The notes beneath the pieces were generated by a model. It searched no databases, had not been told where the DNA came from, and worked only from the letters and a program-made list of their open reading frames with translations. 32,000 nucleotides of DNA from Pampinifervens florentissimum (GTDB taxonomy: Bacteria; Aquificota; Aquificia; Aquificales; Aquificaceae): assembly GCF_011006175.1 (NCBI RefSeq), contig NZ_CP048795.1, positions 1,737,092-1,769,091 of the forward strand, given 5' to 3'. How positions within the stretch are numbered: the stretch's first letter is position 1; each line of letters begins with the position of its first letter. Positions 9,103 to 19,125 of the stretch are shown here, piece by piece. The translations under genes were made by a program, and so were the position numbers.

Positions 9103-10386
9103 TCAAGAAAGGGCTCTGTATAGCTCTTTTGCGATGCTTATCCTTTGGTAGTAATTTACAATGGGTTTGTGGTAGGGTAGTGCATACCTTATAGGGTCAT
9201 GTAGCTTTTCGCAGGGTATGTCTGAAAGCTCTGGTATATACCTTTTTATATACTCACACTGTGGGTCATACCTTTGGGCTTGAAGTATGGGATTGAAAAG
9301 CCTAAAGGGTTTGGGGTCTGCACCCACAGAGGCGGTCCACTGCCAGTTTCCTATGTTTACCACCTCGTCGTAGTCCAAAAGGTATTCCTTGAAAAACTCC
9401 TCTCCTATCCTCCAGTCTATAAGCAAAACCTTTGTGAGGAAGCTACCTACTATCATCCTCATCCTGTTATGAAGCCACTTTTCTTCCTTTAGTTGTCTAA
9501 TGCCTGCGTCCACTATGGGATAACCCGTTTTTGCCTCAAGGAAAGCCTGTAGGTATTCTTGCCTGTTTTCCCATCTTATGTTTCTTCTCTTTTCATGAAA
9601 CTCAAGGTCTTTGGTCTGTGGAAAGTTGTAGGCTATGTGATACCAGAACTCTCTCCATGCTAACTCCTTTATAAACTGCTCACTTCTACCCTGTGCGATC
9701 TTAAAGATACTTCTCAAGGATAGCACTCCAAATCTTATGCAGGGAGAAAGCCTTGAAGAACCATCTATCGCCGGATAGTTCCTAAGCTCTTCGTATCTTT
9801 CAAAGGGAAAGCTCCTTAACCTTTCAAAACAGTCCTCTGGATGAAAGGGTTCTAGACTATCAAAGTCTATGTTTAAGTCCTTTAAGGTGGGCAATGGTAG
9901 GTCTGGCACTTTAAAGTCTTGTGGGTCTTCTTCCGTAAGGTCTACTCTTTTTATCCATTCTGTGTAAAAGGGCGTATACACCTTTTTTTGAGGTATGGAT
10001 TCTGGTCTCACAAGAAAGTTTTCAAAAACTTCCACATATTCCACACCGTAGGCTTGGCAAATACTTTTTATGACCTTGTTCCTTTCTCTTCCACTCCAGC
10101 TGTAAGACGTTGTGGTGTATAGATGGGTTGGCTTAGCGGTTTTAAACACTTCTTTTAAGACTTCTTCTGTGCTACCTTGCATGCAGTAAACCTTTATCTG
10201 TGAGGACAGGAGGGCTAAGACTTTGTATAAGTAACCAAGCCTTTTTCTGTCAACCTTTAAATCTCTAATTATATCCTTGTCAAAGATAAAGAAAGGGACA
10301 ATCTCCTTGTGTCTTTTTGACGCATAGGCAAGCCCTCTGTTATCCCTTGCTCTTAGGTCTCTTTTGAACAAATACACCGCTCTCAT
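9103..10386 (-). CDS. phr: deoxyribodipyrimidine photolyase / cryptochrome-family protein
   Basis: N-terminal FKRDLRARDNRGL. FAD-binding C-terminal region TGYPIVDAGIRQL...WLHNRMRMIVGSFLTK...DYDEVVNIGNWQWTAS. Confidence 0.88.
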   Translation of the reverse strand: MRAVYLFKRDLRARDNRGLAYASKRHKEIVPFFIFDKDIIRDLKVDRKRLGYLYKVLALLSSQIKVYCMQGSTEEVLKEVFKTAKPTHLYTTTSYSWSGRERNKVIKSICQAYGVEYVEVFENFLVRPESIPQKKVYTPFYTEWIKRVDLTEEDPQDFKVPDLPLPTLKDLNIDFDSLEPFHPEDCFERLRSFPFERYEELRNYPAIDGSSRLSPCIRFGVLSLRSIFKIAQGRSEQFIKELAWREFWYHIAYNFPQTKDLEFHEKRRNIRWENRQEYLQAFLEAKTGYPIVDAGIRQLKEEKWLHNRMRMIVGSFLTKVLLIDWRIGEEFFKEYLLDYDEVVNIGNWQWTASVGADPKPFRLFNPILQAQRYDPQCEYIKRYIPELSDIPCEKLHDPIRYALPYHKPIVNYYQRISIAKELYRALS

Positions 10387-10823
10387 GGTTTGGCTACTGC
10401 AAGGTAGATAACTATTAGGGATATGGCTATAAGTGGCAGGGCTACTATGTATGTAAACAGGTCGTAGTTTTTATAGGCTTTTGGCTTTTCCTTTGAACGA
10501 GGTATGTAGAAGTTAACAAGCCAAAAGTTTATGACCTCAAGGGGTAGTATGATACCCAAAACAAGAGGTAGCTTGTAGTTTAGCCAGTTTATGTCAAACT
10601 TATACTTGAGGATATGAAGCATATAAAAACCCATTACTATAGCTAACACAAAGCCAGCTATTTCAAGGTTCGTCATCCAACGGTAGAAGTTCCTAAGCAG
10701 GTCTTGGTTGCAACCTGTGGGTCTTTTCATGGAGTAGAGCATAAAGAGCCCAAGAGAGGAGGATGCTCCAGCCCAGATAAGGATGCCCATCAGGTGGATA
10801 AACTTTGCGATCGTGTATTCCAT
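10383..10823 (-). CDS. integral membrane protein (about 4 TM), co-oriented with photolyase
   Basis: Hydrophobic 146-aa ORF. 4-nt overlap with the photolyase start. Confidence 0.5.
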   Translation of the reverse strand: MEYTIAKFIHLMGILIWAGASSSLGLFMLYSMKRPTGCNQDLLRNFYRWMTNLEIAGFVLAIVMGFYMLHILKYKFDINWLNYKLPLVLGIILPLEVINFWLVNFYIPRSKEKPKAYKNYDLFTYIVALPLIAISLIVIYLAVAKP

Positions 10824-11038
10824 GACCTTAGGTATTTTACAGACCTTTTTATATATGGGTATATCCTTTTACCTATGAATGGTATCCTTTTGAGCCTCAC
10901 TATGTCCCTTTTGGAAGCTCTGGAAAGCAGTATAAGGGCAAGAAGATACAGGGGAACGGTGGGGAGTATAGGTAGAAAGATGCCGAGAGTGCCAAGCCCC
11001 AAAAAGAAAAAGCCAGATAGCCTGTATACGCCCTTCAT
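10790..11038 (-). CDS. DUF454/YbaN-like small inner-membrane protein (short)
   Basis: N-terminus GFFFLGLGTLGIFLPILPTVP is the YbaN signature. At 82 aa it is shorter than the usual ~120 aa. Confidence 0.45.
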   Translation of the reverse strand: MKGVYRLSGFFFLGLGTLGIFLPILPTVPLYLLALILLSRASKRDIVRLKRIPFIGKRIYPYIKRSVKYLRSWNTRSQSLST

Positions 11039-11169
11039 CAGCTATAAAATATAGGCTTTTGCCCTTGTGTTTTTTGAAAAGTAGGCTTTACCTATGTGGA
11101 TATGTAGAAGTTTAGAAATATAGATACCTCTTGATACTTATGAAGGTTGACATTAAAATTTAATCTGCT

Positions 11170-12273
11170 ATGCAGGGTAGCATCAAAAGAAGCCTGCTCT
11201 TTTCTCTGGACTTTGCGAATACAGGCAAGTTAGACTTCCTTGAAAACCTCTGGCACGAATATCAAAAGGCTTGTCAATACTTTGTAGATGTAGGCTATGA
11301 AACTAAAACACTACCTTCCTATAAACATGTTAAAAGCTACCCATACCAAACTTGGTTAAGTAAGAGATATCTTGGTTGTGCTTTAGAACAAGCAAAAGCA
11401 ATCCTTAAAAGTATTTTCTCAAAACTTAAAAAAGGTAAAAATCCTCAAAAACCTTTGATAAAAAAGCCTGTTTTAAAACTTGATAACAGATTTTACATGA
11501 TTGAGAAAGGTAGAAACTCCTTTGACTTTTGGCTTTTCTTAAGAGACACTCAGAACCAGAGATGGATTGCTTTCCCTTTCAAAAGCTATGAGTATGCTAA
11601 CAATTACTTCAGAGATTGGAAACTCTGTTCTGATATAGAACTTTTGAAAAAGGATGGCAAGTGGTATATAAAGCTCATCTTTGAGAAAGGGGTCAAGTTA
11701 GAGAGGAAAAAGCCAAAGGGTATAGATATAGGATATAGGAAGCTAATTGCCACTTCAGAGGGGGAAGTATTTGGCAAGGAGGTAAGGGAGATAATAGAGA
11801 AGAGGATAGAACCCAAGAAGCAAGGTTCAAGAAGGTGGAAAAGGGCAAAGCACTATTTGAAGACAGAGATAAACAGGATACTCAAGAAGGTGATAGATGG
11901 CAGTTTTTCTCCAGTGTTTGAAGGATTAAAGAATTTGAAGAAGGGCAAGAGTGGAGTATGGAGTAGGGTGGTAAACAGGAGGTTTAACCACTGGTTGTAT
12001 GGGTATGTTCTAAAGAGGATAAGGGAGCTATGTGAGGTAGTTGGCGTCCAATATCACATAGTTCCACCACAATACACAAGCAGGACTTGTCCTGAGTGTG
12101 GATATCAGGATAAGTTGAACCGTAGTGGAGAATATTTCAAGTGCCTACGGTGTGGGTATGAGGGGGATGCGGACATAGTAGGTGCGAGGAATGTTCTCCT
12201 GCGGTTCACAAGGGAGCTTATAGTCCCCTTGCCTGCGAAACCTCATCCTGTGGAATATTTTTCTATGGGATGA
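11170..12273 (+). CDS. tnpB: TnpB-like RNA-guided endonuclease (IS605 OrfB family)
   Basis: RuvC-I GIDIGYRK, RuvC-II PVFEGLKNL, zinc ribbon CPECG...CLRCG, RuvC-III GDADIVGARNV. All catalytic residues are present. Confidence 0.85.
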   Translation: MQGSIKRSLLFSLDFANTGKLDFLENLWHEYQKACQYFVDVGYETKTLPSYKHVKSYPYQTWLSKRYLGCALEQAKAILKSIFSKLKKGKNPQKPLIKKPVLKLDNRFYMIEKGRNSFDFWLFLRDTQNQRWIAFPFKSYEYANNYFRDWKLCSDIELLKKDGKWYIKLIFEKGVKLERKKPKGIDIGYRKLIATSEGEVFGKEVREIIEKRIEPKKQGSRRWKRAKHYLKTEINRILKKVIDGSFSPVFEGLKNLKKGKSGVWSRVVNRRFNHWLYGYVLKRIRELCEVVGVQYHIVPPQYTSRTCPECGYQDKLNRSGEYFKCLRCGYEGDADIVGARNVLLRFTRELIVPLPAKPHPVEYFSMG

Positions 12274-12290
12274 GGAACTATTAGCTCCAC
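12120..12290 (+). ncRNA. candidate omega/reRNA scaffold at the tnpB 3' end
   Basis: Placed by position, by analogy to characterised TnpB loci. An 8-bp hairpin, CCTCATCC (12241-12248) / GGATGAGG (12268-12275), spans the tnpB stop codon. Confidence 0.3.
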
Positions 12291-12734
12291 CCTGCCTATT
12301 AACAGGCTATGGTCTGGAAGCTCAACAAGCCTTTCTTGTTTGCATTCATACACAAGGAGGGATTGCTCCACCATGTAGGCGTCTACTTTCAGGGCTTTGA
12401 GAGGTTTTATTTCCTTGAATAGTTTCCATTTATCTGTTTGGTCTCCGTGATATTTTCCTGCAGTAAGGATGTCTTCAAGGTAGGTTTCAGAGAGGAAGTT
12501 TACGGTGAAATCTTTTCCCTCTAAGACCAGCTTGTGGCTGTAGTTTTCCCTTGCTATGGCTACCGCATACATAAAGGGCTCTTTGTTTGTGGGCATGTGC
12601 CAAGCTACTGCCAGTGGGTTTTCTCCCACACAAAGGAGTGCCACTGGCCTTGGCACATAACCCAAAAAGTAGGCATCTTCAAGGGTCTTGAAAGTTTCCT
12701 GAGGGGCGGGGGAGACCCCTTCAGGAGGAGGCAA
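12243..12734 (-). CDS. flavin reductase-like FMN-binding domain protein
   Basis: VPRPVALLCVG...FTVNFLSE...GDQTDKW...PDHSLLIGRVE pattern. The last ~10 codons are antisense to the tnpB 3' end. Confidence 0.7.
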   Translation of the reverse strand: MPPPEGVSPAPQETFKTLEDAYFLGYVPRPVALLCVGENPLAVAWHMPTNKEPFMYAVAIARENYSHKLVLEGKDFTVNFLSETYLEDILTAGKYHGDQTDKWKLFKEIKPLKALKVDAYMVEQSLLVYECKQERLVELPDHSLLIGRVELIVPHPIEKYSTG

Positions 12735-13392
12735 GGCTTATGACCTTCCAGTAGTCTTTGAGGAGGTCTATCTCCTCCTGCAAGGTTATAAGAGGTTCAA
12801 AGTAGAGGCTTTTTCTAAGGAGGCTTGCCAAGGCTAATATAGCTTCTTCCGCTTTGCGAGGGTTTTGATAGACAAGCTCCGCCAATGCGTTCAACGTATT
12901 AAACATAAAGTGAGGGCTTATCTGACTTTCTAAGTTTCTTATGTGCTCCTCAAGGAGTAACCTTTTGTTTTCTTCTTCTCTTCTTTGCAAAGAGACCAGC
13001 TTGTAGAGAAGATAGCCAAGGGATGCGGTCATAATTCCCAAGAAAAAGGAAAGGCTAAGGGCTTTGCTCATGGGAAGATGCAAGTCCACTATTCTAAAAG
13101 TTTCATTGGTAAGGTAGCCACCTATTGCACCAAAAAAGCCAGAAAGTAAGGCAAGCAAAAGGCTAAAGGGTGTTCTTAAAAACTCTGGCATTTTCTTTAC
13201 AATCCAACGGTTGTTTATCTCTGTGGTTATAAGGGAGAGGATAAATATGTAGCCTGAGGTAAGTAGTCCAAGAAAAGCCATTGGCATTAGGTTTTGACCG
13301 TGCAAAGATGCTACAAAGCCTGATATGGAAAAGCCAAGAAGGAAAGCGAGTAAGAGTATGTATAACCACTCCCTTAGGCGAATCCTTAGCAT
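12721..13392 (-). CDS. LytS/YehU-type sensor kinase fragment (TM region + His_kinase domain, no HATPase_c)
   Basis: Multi-TM N-terminus, then the phospho-acceptor box QISPHFMFNTLNAL. The ORF ends at ...DYWKVISLASS, before any ATP-binding N/G boxes. Confidence 0.6.
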   Translation of the reverse strand: MLRIRLREWLYILLLAFLLGFSISGFVASLHGQNLMPMAFLGLLTSGYIFILSLITTEINNRWIVKKMPEFLRTPFSLLLALLSGFFGAIGGYLTNETFRIVDLHLPMSKALSLSFFLGIMTASLGYLLYKLVSLQRREEENKRLLLEEHIRNLESQISPHFMFNTLNALAELVYQNPRKAEEAILALASLLRKSLYFEPLITLQEEIDLLKDYWKVISLASS

Positions 13393-14840
13393 ATTTGAAA
13401 GTCCCTTTCTATAAGTTTTAGCAGGTTTATGACGCCCATGCTAACGCCGGGCCAACCTTGACCCGGAAAGACCGTATCTCCCACAAGATAGACACCCTCC
13501 ACAGGCGTAAGTGGTGAGGGATAGGAAAAGGGAAAGTTCTCCTTTATAACGGGTATTCCACCCACTGAACCCCTATATCTTTCCGTGTATCTCTCAAAGG
13601 TTTTTGGAGTGCCAGCAAAGACTTGAAGTTTTTTCAAACTCCTTAACTCTGGCAGATGCTTATAGATTAGCTCAAGACAATACTCTGTAGCCCTTTCCTT
13701 TCTTTCCTCGTATTCTTCCTTTGAAAGCCCCTCCCATAGCTCAAGCCTTGTGTGGGTAGATATGGTAATACTACGGGTTTTTTCCTTGCTAAGCACTGGG
13801 TCATCTTCCTCTGAGATAGAAAGAAACAGAGACCTACTGCCCGTGTAGGGTATAGGCTCTCTCAGAAGTATAAAATGGTGGTGAGAAAAGTCCTTTGGAA
13901 GCTCTCCCTCTACCGTCATGTATATGGTAAAAGCACCCCACAGCTTGGAGTATCGCCTTTTTGCCCTTTCGGAAAAATCCCTAAGCTCTTCTATAAGGTC
14001 TCCAGCCTTCCACAGGGTAGTGTTTAGAATAACTCTTTTTGCCTCGTATTGCCCCTTGTTGGTCTCTATAAGGAAACCCCAAGGCTTTTTCCTTATGGAT
14101 TTTACCCTCGTTTTCATGCTTATGACTTTTACCCTTTTGGCAAAGGTGTCAAGAAGTTTCCCCATACCGCCTATCACATAATAGTTTGTTAGGTTTGGAT
14201 AGGTAAGCCCCAAAGAGGCTACAGAGAAAGGCACCTCTTCCAAAAAGCCCTGCGCGGTAATTAGAGTGTGATGTGTAAGAAAAAGCTCATAGTCCGAGTT
14301 AAAGTTTCCAAGGTATACCTTCGCAACCCTTTTGGCACTAAAAAAATTACACAAAAGGGTGGAAAGAAAGCTAATAGGATGCTTTGAAAGGTTTCTAAAA
14401 GGCAAAGTTAAGCTGGGATAAGGCAGACTATCGCACCACATACTCCACATGGCATCGCTTACTTCGTATACCCTCTTCCAAAAGGCTTTGTGGTTAAGTT
14501 CTGGAAAGGCTTTTGATATCTCCTCAAGGGCAAGCTCTCTGTCTCTCCACCTTCTTATAGTCTTATCCTCCAAATATATTACCATGGCAGGGTCTATAGG
14601 CTTTATGGGAAGCTCTAAACCCACGTACTTTGCTATTTTCCCCACAGGAAGCTCTTCTTCCGCACCCACAAAGGTAGCAGCACCCACATTGTAATAAAAA
14701 CCCTTCCTCTGAAAAGTCCCCGCACAACCCCCAAGATAGTCAAGGGTTTCAAAAAGAATAACATCCTTTCCCATATGAGAGAGAAGTGAGGAAGCCAAAA
14801 CACCACCTATACCACCACCAACTACTGCGTAGTCAAACAT
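13386..14840 (-). CDS. FAD-dependent oxidoreductase, phytoene-desaturase (CrtI/CrtD-like) family
   Basis: Dinucleotide-binding start MFDYAVVGGGIGGVLAS at the internal ATG 14840. C-terminal GDTVFPGQGWPGV motif. Confidence 0.75.
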   Translation of the reverse strand: MFDYAVVGGGIGGVLASSLLSHMGKDVILFETLDYLGGCAGTFQRKGFYYNVGAATFVGAEEELPVGKIAKYVGLELPIKPIDPAMVIYLEDKTIRRWRDRELALEEISKAFPELNHKAFWKRVYEVSDAMWSMWCDSLPYPSLTLPFRNLSKHPISFLSTLLCNFFSAKRVAKVYLGNFNSDYELFLTHHTLITAQGFLEEVPFSVASLGLTYPNLTNYYVIGGMGKLLDTFAKRVKVISMKTRVKSIRKKPWGFLIETNKGQYEAKRVILNTTLWKAGDLIEELRDFSERAKRRYSKLWGAFTIYMTVEGELPKDFSHHHFILLREPIPYTGSRSLFLSISEEDDPVLSKEKTRSITISTHTRLELWEGLSKEEYEERKERATEYCLELIYKHLPELRSLKKLQVFAGTPKTFERYTERYRGSVGGIPVIKENFPFSYPSPLTPVEGVYLVGDTVFPGQGWPGVSMGVINLLKLIERDFQIC

Positions 14841-14893
14841 AAATAAAATATTCCGAGATAGAAATATTAGATTGAAGCGTATGCTATAAAGGT

Positions 14894-16183
<1,290 letters not shown>

Positions 16184-16187
16184 TCAA

Positions 16188-16775
16188 TTATACCAAAACT
16201 CTCTCCTTTGCTATTCTAAGAAAGTTTTCAAGAAGTTTCATACCTTCTTCTGAAAGAACGGATTCTGGATGAAACTGGACACCAAAGAGAGGATACTCCA
16301 CATGTTGGATACCCATTATTTCATCGTCTTCAGACCACGCGGTTATCTTTAAAACCTCTGGCAGGGTGCTCTTGTCTATGACAAGAGAATGATATCTTAC
16401 CGCAGTAAAAGGGTTTTTGAGACCTTCGAAGATGCCCTCGCCTGTGTGTGTTATCTGAGAAGTCTTGCCATGCATAAGCCTTTTTGCCCTCACTATCCTT
16501 GCCCCAAAGGCATAGCCTATAGACTGATGACCCAAGCAAACACCCAGTATGGGTATTTCCCTGTAAAACTCCCTTATGACATCCACAGATATGCCTGCTT
16601 CCTTTGGAGTGCAGGGTCCAGGAGATATCACAATAGCATCTGGCTTTGCCCTTCTTATGTCCTCAAGGCTTATCTCATCGTTTCTTCTTACAGCCACATC
16701 CGCAGAAAGCATCTGCAGGTATTGCACCAAGTTGTAGGTAAAGGAATCATAGTTGTCTATCATAAGGACTCGCAT
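16188..16775 (-). CDS. trpG: anthranilate/aminodeoxychorismate synthase component II (glutamine amidotransferase)
   Basis: [15 protein letters not shown], catalytic [16 protein letters not shown]. Confidence 0.88.
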   Translation of the reverse strand: MRVLMIDNYDSFTYNLVQYLQMLSADVAVRRNDEISLEDIRRAKPDAIVISPGPCTPKEAGISVDVIREFYREIPILGVCLGHQSIGYAFGARIVRAKRLMHGKTSQITHTGEGIFEGLKNPFTAVRYHSLVIDKSTLPEVLKITAWSEDDEIMGIQHVEYPLFGVQFHPESVLSEEGMKLLENFLRIAKERVLV

Positions 16776-16799
16776 GAGGATTAAAATATAAACCTACGG

Positions 16800-17765
16800 A
16801 TGTATAGGTCAATTCTGTATGGCATACTCCTTACCCTCCTATTTGTGGGCGGTTCATTGGTCTATATAGTCAAGAAGACTTTTACAAAGGACTTTTTTAA
16901 CGTGCTTATCCATGCGGACAAGAAGTATATGCTCCTTTCACTTTTGTTTATGTTTCTCTACCATAGCTTTGACAACATTAGGCTTTTTGTGCTTTCAAGG
17001 GCTATGAAGCTGAGGTATTCCTTCCTTTACGGTTATATGGTTTCTTTTATAAACACTTTTGGAGCAACCATAACGCCTGCCCACATGGGTGGTGAGTTCA
17101 TGTCCATGTATACCCTCTCAAGGAAAGGCGGAAAACTTCACAAAGTTATGAGTATCGTCACTATGAAGACCATAACAGGGATGACCTTTTTTATTCTGGC
17201 TTTGCCTTATGCCTTTATCTATCTTTATAAAAACCCTTCTCATGGAGTAAGGATAATCTACATTCTGTTCTTTTTCTTAAGCTTGGGCTTGATTTTATAC
17301 TCACTCTTCAGACTACTTTTTAACAGAAAAACCGCACAAAACCAGAAGTTTATGCAAAGACTGATATATACCTTTAAGAAATACCTTGTAGTTTCAAAGA
17401 TATTTTTAAGGGATAAAAAGGGGAGCATATTAATTGCCTCTATAAGCAGTGTGCTTTTGTATATATCCTTTTTGGCGTCTGGTGCCTTTCTTCTAAAGAG
17501 CTTTAACCCAGAACCTAAGTTATTAAATCTTATAGAACACCAGCTTATGCTGTTGTATGCCATATTTATAAGTCCAACTCCGGGTGGAAGTGGTGTGGGG
17601 GAGGTGGGGGCATTGTATGCCTTTGAACCCTTCTTAGAGCTTTCTCTTCTTGGAGGCTTTTCCTTGCTTTGGAGGTTTATAACTCAGTATTTGAGTGCCA
17701 TAATTGGAGGCTTTTTGCTAGCCTTCCTTCTTATAAAGGATGCTAAAAGGTTTAAAGATGCTTGA
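16800..17765 (+). CDS. flippase-like / lysylphosphatidylglycerol-synthase TM-domain family membrane protein
   Basis: 321-aa polytopic protein with the family-typical C-terminal SPTPGGSGVGE motif. Confidence 0.65.
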   Translation: MYRSILYGILLTLLFVGGSLVYIVKKTFTKDFFNVLIHADKKYMLLSLLFMFLYHSFDNIRLFVLSRAMKLRYSFLYGYMVSFINTFGATITPAHMGGEFMSMYTLSRKGGKLHKVMSIVTMKTITGMTFFILALPYAFIYLYKNPSHGVRIIYILFFFLSLGLILYSLFRLLFNRKTAQNQKFMQRLIYTFKKYLVVSKIFLRDKKGSILIASISSVLLYISFLASGAFLLKSFNPEPKLLNLIEHQLMLLYAIFISPTPGGSGVGEVGALYAFEPFLELSLLGGFSLLWRFITQYLSAIIGGFLLAFLLIKDAKRFKDA

Positions 17766-18732
17766 AAGCCTCAATCCATACCTTTGGGCAGTCAAACTTA
17801 GAAACTGGGCTTATGACTCAGGTCTTATGGCTCAATGCGAAGTTTCTGTTCCTGTTATTTCAGTTGGTAATCTGTCTGTGGGAGGAAGTGGGAAAAGCTC
17901 CTTGGTTAGGTATATAGCCAACGTGCTTTCTGAGAACCTAAGGGTATGCATCCTTTCAAGAGGCTACAAAAGGAGCACAAAGGGAACACTTTTGGTCTCT
18001 GAATGGGGCAGGTTAAAAGCAAGCTGGCAGGAGGCTGGAGATGAGCCTTATATGTTGGCAAAGCTACTGCCAAGGGTTAGCCTTGTGGTGGATGAGGTGC
18101 GGTGCAGGGGTGCGGACTTTGCCCTTAGGGAATTAAAACCAGAGCTTATCATCCTTGACGATGGCTTTCAGCACAGGAAAATACACAGAGACTTAGACCT
18201 TCTTCTTCTCAGAAAAAGAGACTTCTCAGACAGGGTTCTACCTTTTGGTAGATTGAGAGAGCCTCTTGAGTGCATGGAAAGGGCAGACGCTTTTGTGCTT
18301 TCATACGTAGAGCTTGAGGACTTTGACTGGAGACATGCTCACAAGCCTACCTTTAAGATGCGTAGAAGTGGCTGGAGGATACTTAGGAGCACAGACCACA
18401 GGCAGGCAGAAAACTACCATGAGCTTAGCTTTATAGCCTTTTGTGGACTTGGAGACAACGAGCAGTTTTTCCAAACCCTCAGAAGATTAGGCATAAGATT
18501 GGAAGACACCCTTGGCTTTCCAGACCACTATCACTATAGAGGCTTCAGACTTCAAAGTGGCAAGTTATACATAACTACCTTAAAGGACCTTGTAAAGTTA
18601 GAGCCTGCGGAAAACCTTTTCTATCTTGACTTTGAAGTGGAAATGGAAGGCTTGAAAGAGTTTTTAGAAAGTTTTATAATTAATAGACTGCAGAGGGTCG
18701 GTAGCTCAGCAGGCAGAGCAACGGACTCTTAA
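17740..18732 (+). CDS. lpxK: tetraacyldisaccharide 4'-kinase
   Basis: VPVISVGNLSVGGSGKSS P-loop and ILDDGFQH. The ORF has no stop until 18732, so its last ~38 nt overlap tRNA-Lys. An alternative ATG exists at 17758. Confidence 0.85.
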   Translation: MLKGLKMLESLNPYLWAVKLRNWAYDSGLMAQCEVSVPVISVGNLSVGGSGKSSLVRYIANVLSENLRVCILSRGYKRSTKGTLLVSEWGRLKASWQEAGDEPYMLAKLLPRVSLVVDEVRCRGADFALRELKPELIILDDGFQHRKIHRDLDLLLLRKRDFSDRVLPFGRLREPLECMERADAFVLSYVELEDFDWRHAHKPTFKMRRSGWRILRSTDHRQAENYHELSFIAFCGLGDNEQFFQTLRRLGIRLEDTLGFPDHYHYRGFRLQSGKLYITTLKDLVKLEPAENLFYLDFEVEMEGLKEFLESFIINRLQRVGSSAGRATDS

Positions 18733-18767
18733 TCCGTGGGTCGCGGGTTCGACTCCCGCCCGACCCA
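18695..18767 (+). tRNA. tRNA-Lys (anticodon CTT)
   Basis: Hand-folded 73-nt cloverleaf. Acceptor GGGTCGG/CCGACCC, D stem GCTC/GAGC, anticodon stem ACGGA/TCCGT with loop CTCTTAA, T arm GCGGG-TTCGACT-CCCGC, discriminator A. No encoded CCA. Confidence 0.92.
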
Positions 18768-18802
18768 TAGAACAAGTTGCCAAAATAGAGGAGTAGCATA
18801 AA

Positions 18803-19000
18803 TTGAACCCTATGAAAAAGCATTCTAAGGAAAGGGTAAAGTATATAATAGACCAGAATAAGAAAATCAAGGAAATTATAATGCCATGGAAGGAATTTAC
18901 ACAGCTTATTGAAGATATGCATGATGTTAAGGTAGTTTTGGAAAGGAAAGACGAAGAACTCCTTAGCTTGGATGCTATAAAGAAAACTCTTTATGTATAA
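18803..19000 (+). CDS. putative type II antitoxin
   Basis: 65-aa ORF with GAGGAG 9 nt upstream of the TTG at 18803 (ATG at 18812). Its stop overlaps the start of a RelE/ParE-like remnant (ATGTATAA). Confidence 0.45.
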   Translation: MNPMKKHSKERVKYIIDQNKKIKEIIMPWKEFTQLIEDMHDVKVVLERKDEELLSLDAIKKTLYV

Positions 19001-19124
19001 ACTACTCTTCAAAAAATCGGTAAGCGATGACTTCAAAAGGATTGACCGCCAGCACACCTATAGGATACTCTCTGCCATTGAAGAGCTCTCTATCAATCCG
19101 TATCCTAAAAATATGAAGTTCTAA
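18993..19124 (+). pseudogene. RelE/ParE-family toxin, 3'-truncated (43 codons)
   Basis: MYKLLFKKSVSDDFKRIDRQHTYRILSAIEELSINPYPKN matches the N-terminal half of RelE/ParE toxins. It then stops 1 nt before the glgB stop codon. Confidence 0.5.
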
Positions 19125-19125
19125 C

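Larger units (their letters stand above)
11100..12290 (+). mobile_element. TnpB-only IS200/IS605-type element (ends approximate)
   Basis: Single tnpB ORF with no tnpA. Its 3' end runs antisense into the last 31 nt of the neighbouring flavin-reductase ORF. TTGATA-17-TAAAAT promoter-like sequence at ~11131-11159. Confidence 0.45.

Noticed and set aside
19096-19112. ATCCTAAAA within the truncated toxin resembles the right arm of the attL-like site
   Set aside because: There is only a 9-10-nt half-site match with no inverted partner nearby, so it is probably coincidental.
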